A DNA stretch of 64,000 bases from Nitrospirota bacterium (GCA_041476485.1 JBGOTO010000001.1:770-64769), one strand, 5' to 3'. Positions 38,513-47,118 are shown, counted from the first letter of the stretch. The notes: generated by a model not told the origin, from the letters alone. Translations and numbers: made by a program.

Positions 38513-38998
38513 ATGTTCAGAAATATATTGATTGCGTCCGCCCTGGCAATGGCGCTCCTCTTCGGCTGCACTTCAAAGAGCGCCCAGTCCGACGCTGTGG
38601 CGGTTGATTTTACGCTTCAGGATATGAGCGGGAAAAACATCAAACTGTCCGATTATCGGGGCAAGGTGGTGCTCCTCGAATTCTGGGCCACCTGGTGTCC
38701 GCCGTGCCGCGCATCGATTCCGGGTATAGAAAAAATCCATCAATCGTACAAGGGCAAGGGACTGGTGGTGCTTGCGGTCTCCATGGACGAAGGCGAATGG
38801 AGTTCCGTTAAGACTTTTATGAAGGATTACGGCATCACCTATTCCGTGCTCAAAGGAACAGAGGATGTCGCGGTCCAATACCGGGTGCGCACGATCCCCC
38901 TGCTGTTCATTCTGGACAGGGAAGGGAAAATAGCCAAGCGGTATCCTGGGTTCGGCATCGAAGAAGACCTGGAGAACGACATCAAGGCCATCCTGTAG
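38513..38998 (+). CDS. TlpA/ResA-like periplasmic thiol-disulfide oxidoreductase (lipoprotein)
   Basis: Lipobox LLFGC, WCPPC active site, thioredoxin fold. Confidence 0.8.
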   Translation: MFRNILIASALAMALLFGCTSKSAQSDAVAVDFTLQDMSGKNIKLSDYRGKVVLLEFWATWCPPCRASIPGIEKIHQSYKGKGLVVLAVSMDEGEWSSVKTFMKDYGITYSVLKGTEDVAVQYRVRTIPLLFILDREGKIAKRYPGFGIEEDLENDIKAIL

Positions 38999-39049
38999 TG
39001 TAATCTCTTGTTCCAACCGGTTCTTCCGTGTTTTTTGGCGGTTTTTTAA

Positions 39050-39078
39050 TTGACAACCTCCATGCCTGTCGCTATAAT
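39050..39078 (+). promoter_or_regulatory. consensus sigma-70 promoter for tRNA-Gly
   Basis: TTGACA (39050..39055), 17-nt spacer, TATAAT (39073..39078); the tRNA starts 13 nt downstream. Confidence 0.65.
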
Positions 39079-39090
39079 AATCCACGAAAA

Positions 39091-39166
39091 GCGGGCGTAG
39101 CTCAGTTGGTAGAGTACAAGCTTCCCAAGCTTGGGGTCGCGGGTTCGAACCCCGTCGCCCGCTCCA
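39091..39166 (+). tRNA. tRNA-Gly (anticodon CCC), CCA-encoded
   Basis: Manual cloverleaf: acceptor GCGGGCG/CGCCCGC, D-arm GCTC-AGTTGGTA-GAGT, anticodon stem CAAGC/GCTTG with loop TTCCCAA, T-arm GCGGG-TTCGAAC-CCCGT, 3' CCA. Confidence 0.85.
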
Positions 39167-39196
39167 TTCAAACGTGTAACCATTCTGCTCAAACTG

Positions 39197-39226
39197 ACCC
39201 CTCCTGATGAACAGGCGGGGTTTTTT
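39197..39226 (+). terminator. terminator after the tRNA
   Basis: CCCCTCCTG ... CAGGCGGGG stem followed by TTTTTTG. Confidence 0.5.
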
Positions 39227-39242
39227 GTCTGGGAGGTGCAAT

Positions 39243-39905
39243 ATGTCAAAATCGTACGTTGCATTGTTCAACACCGTGATGGTTTCTATTATTCTTCTCG
39301 TTTCTCAGGTTGCCTGGGCCGAGGACAGGTTCGTGGTCGCTGATTTTTCTTCCGCAGCCGTCGGGGGCGGGGTACCGGCGGGTTGGGAACTCAAGGAGAA
39401 GTCCGGCAAGGCTGACTTCGCAATCGTCAAGGATGGCGATATCCCGGCCGCGCGGTTCCGGAGCAACGATACGTCTTTCTCACTCCAAAAAGAAGTAAAG
39501 GTCGACCTCAAACAGTACCCGGTGCTCACCTGGAAGTGGAAGGCGACGAAACTGCCGGTGGGCGGCGATTTTAGAAAATCAAAGACCGACGACCAGGCAG
39601 CACAGTTGTTCGTTGCGTTCACCAAGACCAAGTCGATCGTCTACATTTGGGACACGAGCGCGCCGCAGGACCTCATGGAGAGCACCTCCCCGGTGCCGTT
39701 CATGACGGTCAAGGTTGTCGTAGTACGGTCGGGACCCACGGAAACAGGGAAATGGATAAGCGAGAGCCGGAACGTATACGAGGATTACAAAAAAATGTAC
39801 GGATCGGAGCCGCCGGAAGTATCCGGGATACGTCTCCAGATCAACTCTCAGCACACCGGGACGTCGGCTGAAAGTTACTTTGCGGATGTGGCGTTCAAAA
39901 AATAG
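39243..39905 (+). CDS. DUF3047-family secreted protein
   Basis: Signal peptide MSKSYVALFNTVMVSIILLVSQVAWA and RBS GGGAGGTG. Family assignment is from the overall pattern (inference). Confidence 0.5.
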   Translation: MSKSYVALFNTVMVSIILLVSQVAWAEDRFVVADFSSAAVGGGVPAGWELKEKSGKADFAIVKDGDIPAARFRSNDTSFSLQKEVKVDLKQYPVLTWKWKATKLPVGGDFRKSKTDDQAAQLFVAFTKTKSIVYIWDTSAPQDLMESTSPVPFMTVKVVVVRSGPTETGKWISESRNVYEDYKKMYGSEPPEVSGIRLQINSQHTGTSAESYFADVAFKK

Positions 39906-39927
39906 TAGTCAGGAGTCAGTAGGAAGC

Positions 39928-40449
39928 ATGGGGAATAGAATCTATTTCATCACCGGCGGGGCACGTTCGGGAAAGTCCGCTTTTGCCGAGAAGCTTGCGG
40001 GCGAGCTCCAGGGTAAACGGGCCTACCTTGCAACGGCGCAGGCCCTCGATGCGGAGATGGTCGCACGCATCGAATTGCACCGGAAAAGGCGCGGAGGCGC
40101 ATGGGACACTTACGAGGAACCGCTGGCCATCGCCGAGCTGATGCGGAAACTCTCCGGCCGGTATGAAGTCCTGCTTCTTGACTGTCTTACTCTTTGGCTC
40201 AGCAACGTCATGGCCAGGACCGAGAAGAGCGACGAAATAGCCGGAAAACTCGACGAACTGACCACGGCGCTGAAGGATTTCAATGGGTCGTCTCTTGTGG
40301 TCACGAACGAAGTGGGGCTCGGCATCGTCCCGGACAATCCGCTTGCACGCCGTTTTAGGGATTTAGCCGGCATGATGAACCAGAAAGTGGCGCGAGTAGC
40401 GGATGAAGTGTATTTTACGGCTTCGGGGATACCGATGAGGATAAAATAG
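39928..40449 (+). CDS. cobU: adenosylcobinamide kinase / adenosylcobinamide-phosphate guanylyltransferase
   Basis: IYFITGGARSGKS P-loop, ~175 aa; the neighbours are cobT/cobS/cobC. Confidence 0.85.
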   Translation: MGNRIYFITGGARSGKSAFAEKLAGELQGKRAYLATAQALDAEMVARIELHRKRRGGAWDTYEEPLAIAELMRKLSGRYEVLLLDCLTLWLSNVMARTEKSDEIAGKLDELTTALKDFNGSSLVVTNEVGLGIVPDNPLARRFRDLAGMMNQKVARVADEVYFTASGIPMRIK

Positions 40450-40478
40450 GGTCAGGGGGCAGGGGTCAAGGGGCATGG
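40449..40478. repeat. G-rich left inverted repeat flanking the four-helix-bundle gene
   Basis: GGGTCAGGGGGCAGGGGTCAAGGGGCATGG abuts the start codon. Its reverse-complement partner lies at 40838..40863 (GTGGGTCAGGGGGCATGGGTCAAGGG when reverse-complemented). Confidence 0.7.
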
Positions 40479-40837
40479 AAAAAGATGAAAGGGGTTTCAG
40501 ACAGCTGAATGCCTGGCAAAAGGCCTATGAACTGACCTTGGAAATTTATCAGCTTGCCAAAGCATTTCCAAAGAGCGAAGCATACGGGCTAACCTCACAA
40601 CTGCAGCGTGCCGTTGTGTTCGTACCGGCCAATATTGCAGAAGGTTACGAGCGTAACCACAGAAAGGAATACGTTCAATTTCTGTTCATTGCTAAAGGAT
40701 CGTTAGGTGAGGTTGAAACATACCTTCTGCTTGCAAAAGATTTTGGATACTTATCACAAGACGAATATGCAAGTATAGACGAAAAAAGGAAAACAACATC
40801 AAGGCTCTTAAAGGGTCTTATCAAGTCGTTAACTTGA
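40475..40837 (+). CDS. four-helix-bundle protein (23S rRNA intervening-sequence protein family)
   Basis: 120 aa; AWQKAYELTLEIYQL...LTSQLQRAVVFVPANIAEGYER...KGSLGEVETYLLLAKDFGY is the signature of this family. It is inserted between cobU and cobT. Confidence 0.8.
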   Translation: MEKDERGFRQLNAWQKAYELTLEIYQLAKAFPKSEAYGLTSQLQRAVVFVPANIAEGYERNHRKEYVQFLFIAKGSLGEVETYLLLAKDFGYLSQDEYASIDEKRKTTSRLLKGLIKSLT

Positions 40838-40863
40838 CCCTTGACCCATGCCCCCTGACCCAC
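40838..40863. repeat. G-rich right inverted repeat (C-rich on + strand) flanking the four-helix-bundle gene
   Basis: CCCTTGACCCATGCCCCCTGACCCAC begins 1 nt after the stop codon. Confidence 0.7.
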
Positions 40864-40873
40864 TAAACATAAT

Positions 40874-41968
40874 TTGCAGAAAAAGGAGAAAACAGTGAAC
40901 AAACTCAAGGAAATTCTCGATACTATTCAGCCCGTCGACCAGTCTCGCTCGAACACGGTCCAGGCGCAGCTTGACAACCTAACGAAGCCGCAGGGGAGCC
41001 TCGGCCGCCTGGAGGAGCTTGCGAAAAAATATTGCCTGATCACGGGCAAGGACAAGCCGACGATCAGGAACAAGATCATTTTTACCTTTGCCGGCGACCA
41101 CGGCGTCACGGAAGAGGGCGTGAGCGCATTTCCCAGGGAGGTGACGCCGCAGATGGTGTTCAATTTCCTGCGCGGCGGCGCGGGAGTGAACGTGCTCGCG
41201 AAGCACACGGGCGCCAGGGTGATCGTGGTGGACATGGGCGTTGATTACGAATTCGAGCCAACGGACGGGCTCGAGATCAGAAAAATAGCCCGCGGCACGA
41301 AGAACATGACCAAGGGTCCGGCCATGACCCGCGAAGAAGCGGAGCGCGCGGTTCTCGCCGGGATCGAACTGGTGGAAAAATATAAGAACGGGCTCGACCT
41401 CCTCGGGACCGGGGACATGGGTATCGGGAACACGACGCCGTCCTCGGCGATCGTATCAGTCATCACGGGAACGGACCCGGAAAAAGTGACTGGACGAGGC
41501 ACCGGCATCGACGAGCAGTCATTAAAGAACAAGGTGGCGATCATTAAAAAAGCGATTGCGGTGAACAAGCCTGATCCCAAGGATGCCCTCGACGTGCTTG
41601 CCAAGGTGGGCGGGTATGAGATCGCCGGGATCGCCGGACTCGTGCTCGGGGCGGCGCTCTACAGGATTCCTGTGGTGATCGATGGGTTCATCTCGACCGC
41701 GGGCGCGCTCATCGCTGCGGAATTGAATCCCCTGTGCAAGGGCTACATGATCGCAGCGCACCAGTCGGTCGAGATCGGCCACCGGAAGATGCTCGAACAT
41801 ATGGAGCAGATACCGCTCCTGGACCTCAATCTCCGGCTGGGAGAGGGCACGGGCGCGGCGCTCGGCATGTCGCTCGTCGAGGCGGGCGTGAAGATCCTCG
41901 GCGAGATGGCGACGTTTGCAGCCGCGGGAGTCGCGGAAGGCAACGAGGCTGAGAAAGTGAGAAATTAA
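40874..41968 (+). CDS. cobT: nicotinate-nucleotide--dimethylbenzimidazole phosphoribosyltransferase
   Basis: CobT signature GDMGIGNTT...GLVLGAAL...[10 protein letters not shown]. Confidence 0.9.
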   Translation: MQKKEKTVNKLKEILDTIQPVDQSRSNTVQAQLDNLTKPQGSLGRLEELAKKYCLITGKDKPTIRNKIIFTFAGDHGVTEEGVSAFPREVTPQMVFNFLRGGAGVNVLAKHTGARVIVVDMGVDYEFEPTDGLEIRKIARGTKNMTKGPAMTREEAERAVLAGIELVEKYKNGLDLLGTGDMGIGNTTPSSAIVSVITGTDPEKVTGRGTGIDEQSLKNKVAIIKKAIAVNKPDPKDALDVLAKVGGYEIAGIAGLVLGAALYRIPVVIDGFISTAGALIAAELNPLCKGYMIAAHQSVEIGHRKMLEHMEQIPLLDLNLRLGEGTGAALGMSLVEAGVKILGEMATFAAAGVAEGNEAEKVRN

Positions 41969-42049
41969 GAAGGTGGAAAGGTAGGAGGGCAAGAAGGTAG
42001 GAAAATGGGAAGGTAAGAAGGTAGGCAAAGAGAGGAAAAGACGGCAGGC

Positions 42050-42820
42050 ATGATTCGAAATTTTATCAACGCGCTCCAGTTTCTGACGATCGTGACCGTA
42101 AGCAAAAAGCACAGGATCGAGGAAGGAGACCTGGCGAAATCCATGGTCTATTTCCCGGTGATCGGCTTTCTGATCGGGCTGCTGCTGGTCTATGCGGACA
42201 AGGCGTTTGCGCTGATCGTCCTGCCCCAGACCGTTGCCACGTTCCTGCTCGTCATCATCTCCGTTTTGATAACGCGCGCCCTGCACATCGACGGCCTGGC
42301 AGACACGCTCGACGGATTGATGGGCGGCCATGACCATTCTTCCCGGCTTGCCATCATGAAAGACAGCAGGCTCGGGACCGCGGGAGCGCTCGGCATCGTC
42401 TTTGTCCTGTTCATGAAATACCTTTGCCTCAATACCCTCGCTGAAAGCGACAGGAACGCCGCGCTGTTGACCGCGCCGATGCTCGCCCGCTGGTCGCAGA
42501 CGCTCATGGCGTTCAAGGCGGACTACGGCCGTGACGAGGGAATGGGCAGGGCGTTTGTCGGGCATCTCCGGGTCGGCGGTTTTGCTGCCGCCACCGTTGT
42601 CGCCGTGGCGCTGTTGGGATTCGTGGTCCTGCGGCTGGACCCGCGCTCCGTGGCCCTTTTCTTCGGCCTGCTCCTCGGCATCGCGCTGCTCACGCTCATC
42701 GGACGCTGGCGCCTTGTCCGCAAACTCGGCGGGGTGACCGGCGACGCGATCGGCGCCGTGAGCGAACTGAACGAGGTCCTGGTGCTCCTCATTTTTGTTA
42801 TTTTCTCGGATGGAAGCTAG
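42050..42820 (+). CDS. cobS: adenosylcobinamide-GDP ribazoletransferase (cobalamin synthase)
   Basis: CobS-family 6-TM protein, with HIDGLADTLDG and GVTGDAIGA motifs. Confidence 0.9.
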   Translation: MIRNFINALQFLTIVTVSKKHRIEEGDLAKSMVYFPVIGFLIGLLLVYADKAFALIVLPQTVATFLLVIISVLITRALHIDGLADTLDGLMGGHDHSSRLAIMKDSRLGTAGALGIVFVLFMKYLCLNTLAESDRNAALLTAPMLARWSQTLMAFKADYGRDEGMGRAFVGHLRVGGFAAATVVAVALLGFVVLRLDPRSVALFFGLLLGIALLTLIGRWRLVRKLGGVTGDAIGAVSELNEVLVLLIFVIFSDGS

Positions 42821-42824
42821 TCCT

Positions 42825-43421
42825 ATGCCTACGAGAGTTTATCTCATGCGCCACGGCGAGGTGGCGGATGACGGAAAGAAACGCTACAACGGCCACATCG
42901 ACCTCGACATCACGCAAAACGGGATAGATCAGATGCGACGTCTTGCCGGCATGCTTGCGGGGAAGAACATCACGGCTGTCTATTCGAGCGATCTCATCCG
43001 GTCGGTCAAAGGCGCGGGGATCATTGCGGAACGGATCGGACTTCCCTTTTCGCCCCGGCGCGAGCTGCGGGAGCGGAGCGTGGGGGCGTGGGAAGGGCTC
43101 ACGGCCGAGGAGATCAAGGCCCGCTTTCCGGAGGAATATACGACGTGGCGTACGGATCTGCTCAGCTACCGTCCGCCCGGCGGCGAATGCCTGCTCGACG
43201 TGAGGGACCGGATCCTGCCGGTATTCAAGGGCCTGGTGACCGCGCATTCCGGCGGTGAGCTCGCGATGCTTTTGCACGGCGGCGTGAACAGGCTCATTCT
43301 TGGCGATGCCCTCGGCATGGACCCACTGAACGTTTTTAGGATAGACCAGACGTACGGCGCTCTCAACATTATCGATTACTACGACGACGGAATGGCCGTG
43401 GTCAGGCTTCTGAACGGGTAG
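42825..43421 (+). CDS. cobC: alpha-ribazole phosphatase (histidine phosphatase family)
   Basis: LMRHGE catalytic motif at the N-terminus; cob operon context. Confidence 0.8.
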   Translation: MPTRVYLMRHGEVADDGKKRYNGHIDLDITQNGIDQMRRLAGMLAGKNITAVYSSDLIRSVKGAGIIAERIGLPFSPRRELRERSVGAWEGLTAEEIKARFPEEYTTWRTDLLSYRPPGGECLLDVRDRILPVFKGLVTAHSGGELAMLLHGGVNRLILGDALGMDPLNVFRIDQTYGALNIIDYYDDGMAVVRLLNG

Positions 43422-43479
43422 GACCCGACTTTCCCTGAAACTTCTTGAGTATTCTCATCATATCTGATAGTCTATTGTT

Positions 43480-43683
43480 ATGAAGTCAGTAATGGACATA
43501 GCAAAAGAGGAAGAGCGGAAAGAGTTCCTCAAGCGTTCCCCGCTTGAGAGGATGGAAGTCATGCACGATTTTCTGTTCCAGGTCATCGCCCTAAAAGCGC
43601 GAGGGGAAAGAGTCCCTGAATATGAGATCTATACGAGATACCTTAGAGACAATCCGAGACATTACGAACGCTCTTCCCGTTAA
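43480..43683 (+). CDS. small ORF overlapping (different frame) the downstream NTase gene; possible frameshifted N-terminus
   Basis: 67 aa; overlaps 43622..43683 of the next ORF in another frame. Confidence 0.3.
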   Translation: MKSVMDIAKEEERKEFLKRSPLERMEVMHDFLFQVIALKARGERVPEYEIYTRYLRDNPRHYERSSR

Positions 43684-44230
43684 AGTCACTATCGTTCTTA
43701 CCGGCGGATATGCCGTAATCGCGCACGGCGTCGAACGAACGACCCTTGACCTTGATTTTTGCGTCTACTCCGACCTTATCGAAACCGCCGACACTGCCGC
43801 ATTTTTCGATGTTCTGAAAAAAAATCTCCCCAAAAGATATGAAGCAGAACTGAGGCAAGGCAGCAAAATCCCCGATGATCCTTTCAAGCATGACCTCATC
43901 CGTATTATTGACAATCAAAAAGAGTTTTTGAGAATCGACTTGCTGATAGCCCGCTATAAATGGGAGCTGGAGGGCATGGAGCTGGCCGTGCATCTTAAAG
44001 ACATTCCCTTGCCCGTCCTGAGCAAGCCGTACCTCGTTGCCATGAAGCTGCAAGCCACGGCGTACAAGGACTACCAGGATGTCGTGACCCTGTTTGACCT
44101 CATGACCGAAGAAGAAAAAGCAAAGACGCGGGAGCTTGCAAAGCGGACCCACAGGGACAAAAAGCTTGACCGGATTCTTTCCCCGCCGCCCGAAGAAGAA
44201 GTGCGGGAAATGCCGGAGGAGTATTTATAG
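43622..44230 (+). CDS. Pol-beta-superfamily nucleotidyltransferase (AbiEii/MNT-like)
   Basis: TGGYAVIAHGVERTTLDLDF is a G-G-x13-D-x-D NTase motif, followed by a helical C-terminal region. Confidence 0.55.
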   Translation: MRSIRDTLETIRDITNALPVKVTIVLTGGYAVIAHGVERTTLDLDFCVYSDLIETADTAAFFDVLKKNLPKRYEAELRQGSKIPDDPFKHDLIRIIDNQKEFLRIDLLIARYKWELEGMELAVHLKDIPLPVLSKPYLVAMKLQATAYKDYQDVVTLFDLMTEEEKAKTRELAKRTHRDKKLDRILSPPPEEEVREMPEEYL

Positions 44231-44335
44231 ACGCTCTGCGAGCAGCACAGACTCCACATCATTCGTTTCTTCTTAGTCGTGTTCCACCCCAAAGTATCAT
44301 GGAATATCCTTTCTGACGGCGTCCGGCTTTTTGTC

Positions 44336-44460
44336 ATCAATGGCCTGCACGCACCCTGTGCGCGTCAGTCGCTCAAGGCCGGCGTGCCCGAGTGAGACGA
44401 GCTTTTCGGGAAACTCCTGGCCGGCCTTTTCTTGACGCGCGACGAAAGTTATGATTGAAT
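44336..44460 (+). promoter_or_regulatory. conserved ~125-nt upstream element, copy A (upstream of rtcB)
   Basis: Aligns with 61917..62040: atcaa.tgcct..gcacgc....tgtgcgcgtc...tcgctcaagg.c.g.gtgc...gtgaga...ttt.ggg.aa.tcctggc...cttgac...tatg.t.aat. Confidence 0.55.
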
Positions 44461-44511
44461 TCTAGTAGTAAGAGCAATTTGGCGCGTTCAGACGTATCCG
44501 GAGGGAGAACC

Positions 44512-45996
44512 ATGCCGGCGCCTGCGGGAAAAATAGAGTCAGGGAAGCCCGAATTTATCAAAATTTCGGATGTTATTTGGGATTTGCCCAGGAGCTTCAA
44601 ACACGGCATGAGGGTCCCCGCGCGGATTGTCGCAACGCGGAAGCTGATCGACGCCATGGACCTTCAGGTCTACGACCAGATCTCGAACGTCGCAACCCTG
44701 CCGGGCATACAGAAATTCGCCTTCTGCATGCCCGACGGTCACAGCGGCTACGGCTTTCCGATCGGCGGCGTCGCGGCCTTCGACGTGAACGAAGGCGGCG
44801 TGATATCGCCGGGCGGCATCGGGTTCGACATCAACTGCGGTATGCGGCTGGCGCTCACGAACCTGACCCGTGACGAGGTAATGCCGCAGGTGAAGACGCT
44901 GGTGGACAAGCTCTTCCGCCGGGTCCCGGCGGGCGTCGGCAGCAGGGGCTTCGTTCGATTATCAAAAGAAGAATTCCGGGACGAAGTCGCCGTCGAAGGC
45001 TCCGAGTGGGCGGTCCGGAAAGGCTACGGATGGAAGGAAGATCTGGAGAGGACCGAGCTCTCCGGCAGGGCGGATTGGGCGGACAACACGACGATATCTC
45101 CACGCTCTGTCGAACGGGGATTCAACCAGATCGGCACCCTCGGCTCGGGGAACCATTATCTAGAAATCCAATGGGTCAAACCCGAAAACATCATGGACGA
45201 AAAGCTGGCTGCACGATGGGGCATCTTTCCCGACCAGGTGGTAATCATGTTTCACTGCGGCTCCCGCGGTTTCGGCCATCAGATTGCTACGGACTACCTT
45301 ACCCTGTTCCTGTCCGTCATGGAGCGGAAGTACGGGATCAAGATCCTCGACCAAGAGCTTGCCAGCGCGCCGTTCTTGTCCCGCGAAGGCCAGGACTACT
45401 ACAAGGCCATGGGCTGCGCAGTGAACATGAGCTTTGCCAACCGGCAGGTGATCCTGCACCGGGTCCGGGAAGTCTTCTCCGAGCAGTTCAATAAAAGTCC
45501 CGAAGAACTCGGCATGCACATGGTGTTCGACATAGCCCATAATCGCGGGACCTTCGAAAAGCACGAGGTGGACGGTAAGATCAAAGAGCTGATTGTCCAC
45601 CGCAAAGGCGCCACCGGGTGCTACCATCCCGGCAGGGAAGAAATTCCGGAGCTCTATCGCGCGGACGGCTCGCCGGTCATCATCGGCGGTTCCATGGAAA
45701 CCGGGAGTTACCTGCTCGTCGGCGGACCGAACGCGAAAGACACCTTCTGCTCGACGGCGCACGGAAGCGGCCGGACCATGAGCAGGGCCAAGGCGAAGAG
45801 GATGATCAGGGGCTCGGAGCTCCTGGAAAAGCTCGAGGAGCGGGGCATCTACGTCAAATCCGCGAGCTATTCCGGCGCGGCGGAAGAGGCCGGGTTCGCC
45901 TATAAGGACATCGACGACGTGGTCGAAGCGGCGTCGCAGGCCGGGATCTCGCTGCCGGTGGTGAAGCTCGTTCCGCTCGGGAACGTGAAAGGGTGA
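44512..45996 (+). CDS. rtcB: RNA 3'-phosphate/5'-OH ligase RtcB
   Basis: CMPDGHSGYGFPIGGV, GFDINCGMRL, HNRG, HRKGAT are RtcB metal-binding/His-GMP motifs. RBS GGAGGGA precedes ATG 44512; the track ORF start at 44455 is a TTG inside the upstream element. Confidence 0.9.
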   Translation: MPAPAGKIESGKPEFIKISDVIWDLPRSFKHGMRVPARIVATRKLIDAMDLQVYDQISNVATLPGIQKFAFCMPDGHSGYGFPIGGVAAFDVNEGGVISPGGIGFDINCGMRLALTNLTRDEVMPQVKTLVDKLFRRVPAGVGSRGFVRLSKEEFRDEVAVEGSEWAVRKGYGWKEDLERTELSGRADWADNTTISPRSVERGFNQIGTLGSGNHYLEIQWVKPENIMDEKLAARWGIFPDQVVIMFHCGSRGFGHQIATDYLTLFLSVMERKYGIKILDQELASAPFLSREGQDYYKAMGCAVNMSFANRQVILHRVREVFSEQFNKSPEELGMHMVFDIAHNRGTFEKHEVDGKIKELIVHRKGATGCYHPGREEIPELYRADGSPVIIGGSMETGSYLLVGGPNAKDTFCSTAHGSGRTMSRAKAKRMIRGSELLEKLEERGIYVKSASYSGAAEEAGFAYKDIDDVVEAASQAGISLPVVKLVPLGNVKG

Positions 45997-45997
45997 C

Positions 45998-46429
45998 ATG
46001 CCGTACCGGTTCCTCGAAGATGTCGCTATCGCCGATGTCGCCTTCGAAGCCGAAGGGCGGGTCCTTCCGGAATTGTTCAAGGAGGCGGGCCTTGCGGTGA
46101 CGAACACGATGGTGCAGGACCTTTCGCAGATCGAGCACAAGATCGCAAAGAGGATCAAGGGCGCGGCGGAGAATATCGAGATGCTGCTGTTTCATTTTTT
46201 GCAGGACCTGATTTTCTACAAGGACGCGGACCTGCTTCTCTTTAGCGATTTTCATCTCACGATCGTCCAGCGGGAAGGCGAGTGGCGCCTCCATGGAACG
46301 GCCTATGGCGAAGAGATATCCCCTGACCGGCATGAACTTCTTGTCGACGTAAAGGCGGTGTCTCTCCATAATTATAAAGTCCGGAAAACGGCAAAGGGAT
46401 GGCAGGCGGAAGTCATCCTTGATGTGTGA
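45998..46429 (+). CDS. archease (RtcB activator)
   Basis: 143 aa, 1-nt gap after rtcB; matches the archease family pattern. Confidence 0.75.
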   Translation: MPYRFLEDVAIADVAFEAEGRVLPELFKEAGLAVTNTMVQDLSQIEHKIAKRIKGAAENIEMLLFHFLQDLIFYKDADLLLFSDFHLTIVQREGEWRLHGTAYGEEISPDRHELLVDVKAVSLHNYKVRKTAKGWQAEVILDV

Positions 46430-46430
46430 T

Positions 46431-46577
46431 TACTCAGGTCAGCTACTTCGCTTTGCGCAAGGCGCGCCGGAGAATTAAGGGAATTTCGAAGTTGACCACA
46501 AGCCCCACCTTGCTTGATGTCCGTGTATCGCTCGCCGCGCGCTTCATTGCGCCTGCGCTCCGCAGCAGACCTGAGTA
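46431..46577. repeat. MITE-like ~147-bp repeat, copy 4 (after archease)
   Basis: Starts 2 nt after the archease stop; same TIRs as the other copies. Confidence 0.85.
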
Positions 46578-46659
46578 GTTACCTTGATGTTTAAATCCGC
46601 GCGCGACTTCTCTGCATTGACAGGCAACCGGTGCTCTTATCTCACGCCCGATAAAATAA

Positions 46660-46688
46660 TTGACATTAACGCGATCATGCCGTATGGT
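46660..46688 (+). promoter_or_regulatory. candidate sigma-70 promoter for the thi operon
   Basis: TTGACA (46660..46665), 17-nt spacer, TATGGT. Confidence 0.45.
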
Positions 46689-46695
46689 ATAGGCA

Positions 46696-46800
46696 CATAA
46701 AGCTGGGGGAGCCTATGGCTGAGAGTCCTGTTCACGAGGGACGACCCTTGGAACCTGATCCGGGTAGTGCCGGCGTAGGGAAGGCGAGTATGTACCAGGA
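46696..46800 (+). promoter_or_regulatory. TPP (THI-box) riboswitch
   Basis: CTGGGGGAGCC...GCTGAGAG...ACCCTTGGAACCTGATCCGGGTAGTGCCGGCGTAGGGAAG matches the THI-element core (CUGAGA, ACCUGAUCYGGNUAAUACCNGCGNAGGGA). Confidence 0.85.
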
Positions 46801-46810
46801 TAACCTTTCG

Positions 46811-46838
46811 AGCCACGCCTCCGGCGTGGCTTTTTGTG
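46811..46838 (+). terminator. riboswitch expression-platform terminator
   Basis: GCCACGCC-TCC-GGCGTGGC hairpin followed by TTTTTGTGTT, 20 nt before the thiS start. Confidence 0.6.
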
Positions 46839-46858
46839 TTCATGAGGGGACAGGACAC

Positions 46859-47089
46859 ATGATGATCACACTGAACGGAGAAAAAAAACAGATCGAAGAT
46901 GGTATGAGCGTACAGGGCCTGCTGGAATTACTGAAAATTCAGCAGCAGCGCGTGGCTGTTGAGTTAAATCTTGAGATAGTGAAGAAGGACAAGTACGGTA
47001 TGACTGCCCTCAAGGAAGGCGACAGCCTGGAAGTGGTGAGCTTTATGTCCGGAGGATGTGCATGGAGCGAGCCGACCGTGTCGGCGTAA
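46859..47089 (+). CDS. thiS: thiamine-biosynthesis sulfur carrier ThiS with a 10-aa extension after the Gly-Gly end
   Basis: MMITLNGEKK...EVVSFMSGG is a ThiS/MoaD fold ending in GG, but the frame continues CAWSEPTVSA* into the repeat element at 47062..47118. The track ORF start at 46715 reads through the riboswitch. Confidence 0.7.
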   Translation: MMITLNGEKKQIEDGMSVQGLLELLKIQQQRVAVELNLEIVKKDKYGMTALKEGDSLEVVSFMSGGCAWSEPTVSA

Positions 47090-47118
47090 ATTAACGGCAA
47101 CACGGTTGCCTTGGTCCA
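47062..47118 (+). repeat. 60-nt double-hairpin element, copy 1 (upstream of thiG)
   Basis: atggagcgaGCCGACcgtGTCGGCgtaaattaacGGCAACacgGTTGCCttggtcca: two perfect 6-bp stems with 3-nt loops plus the palindromic TGGTCCA. Near-identical copy at 55087..55146. Confidence 0.7.
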
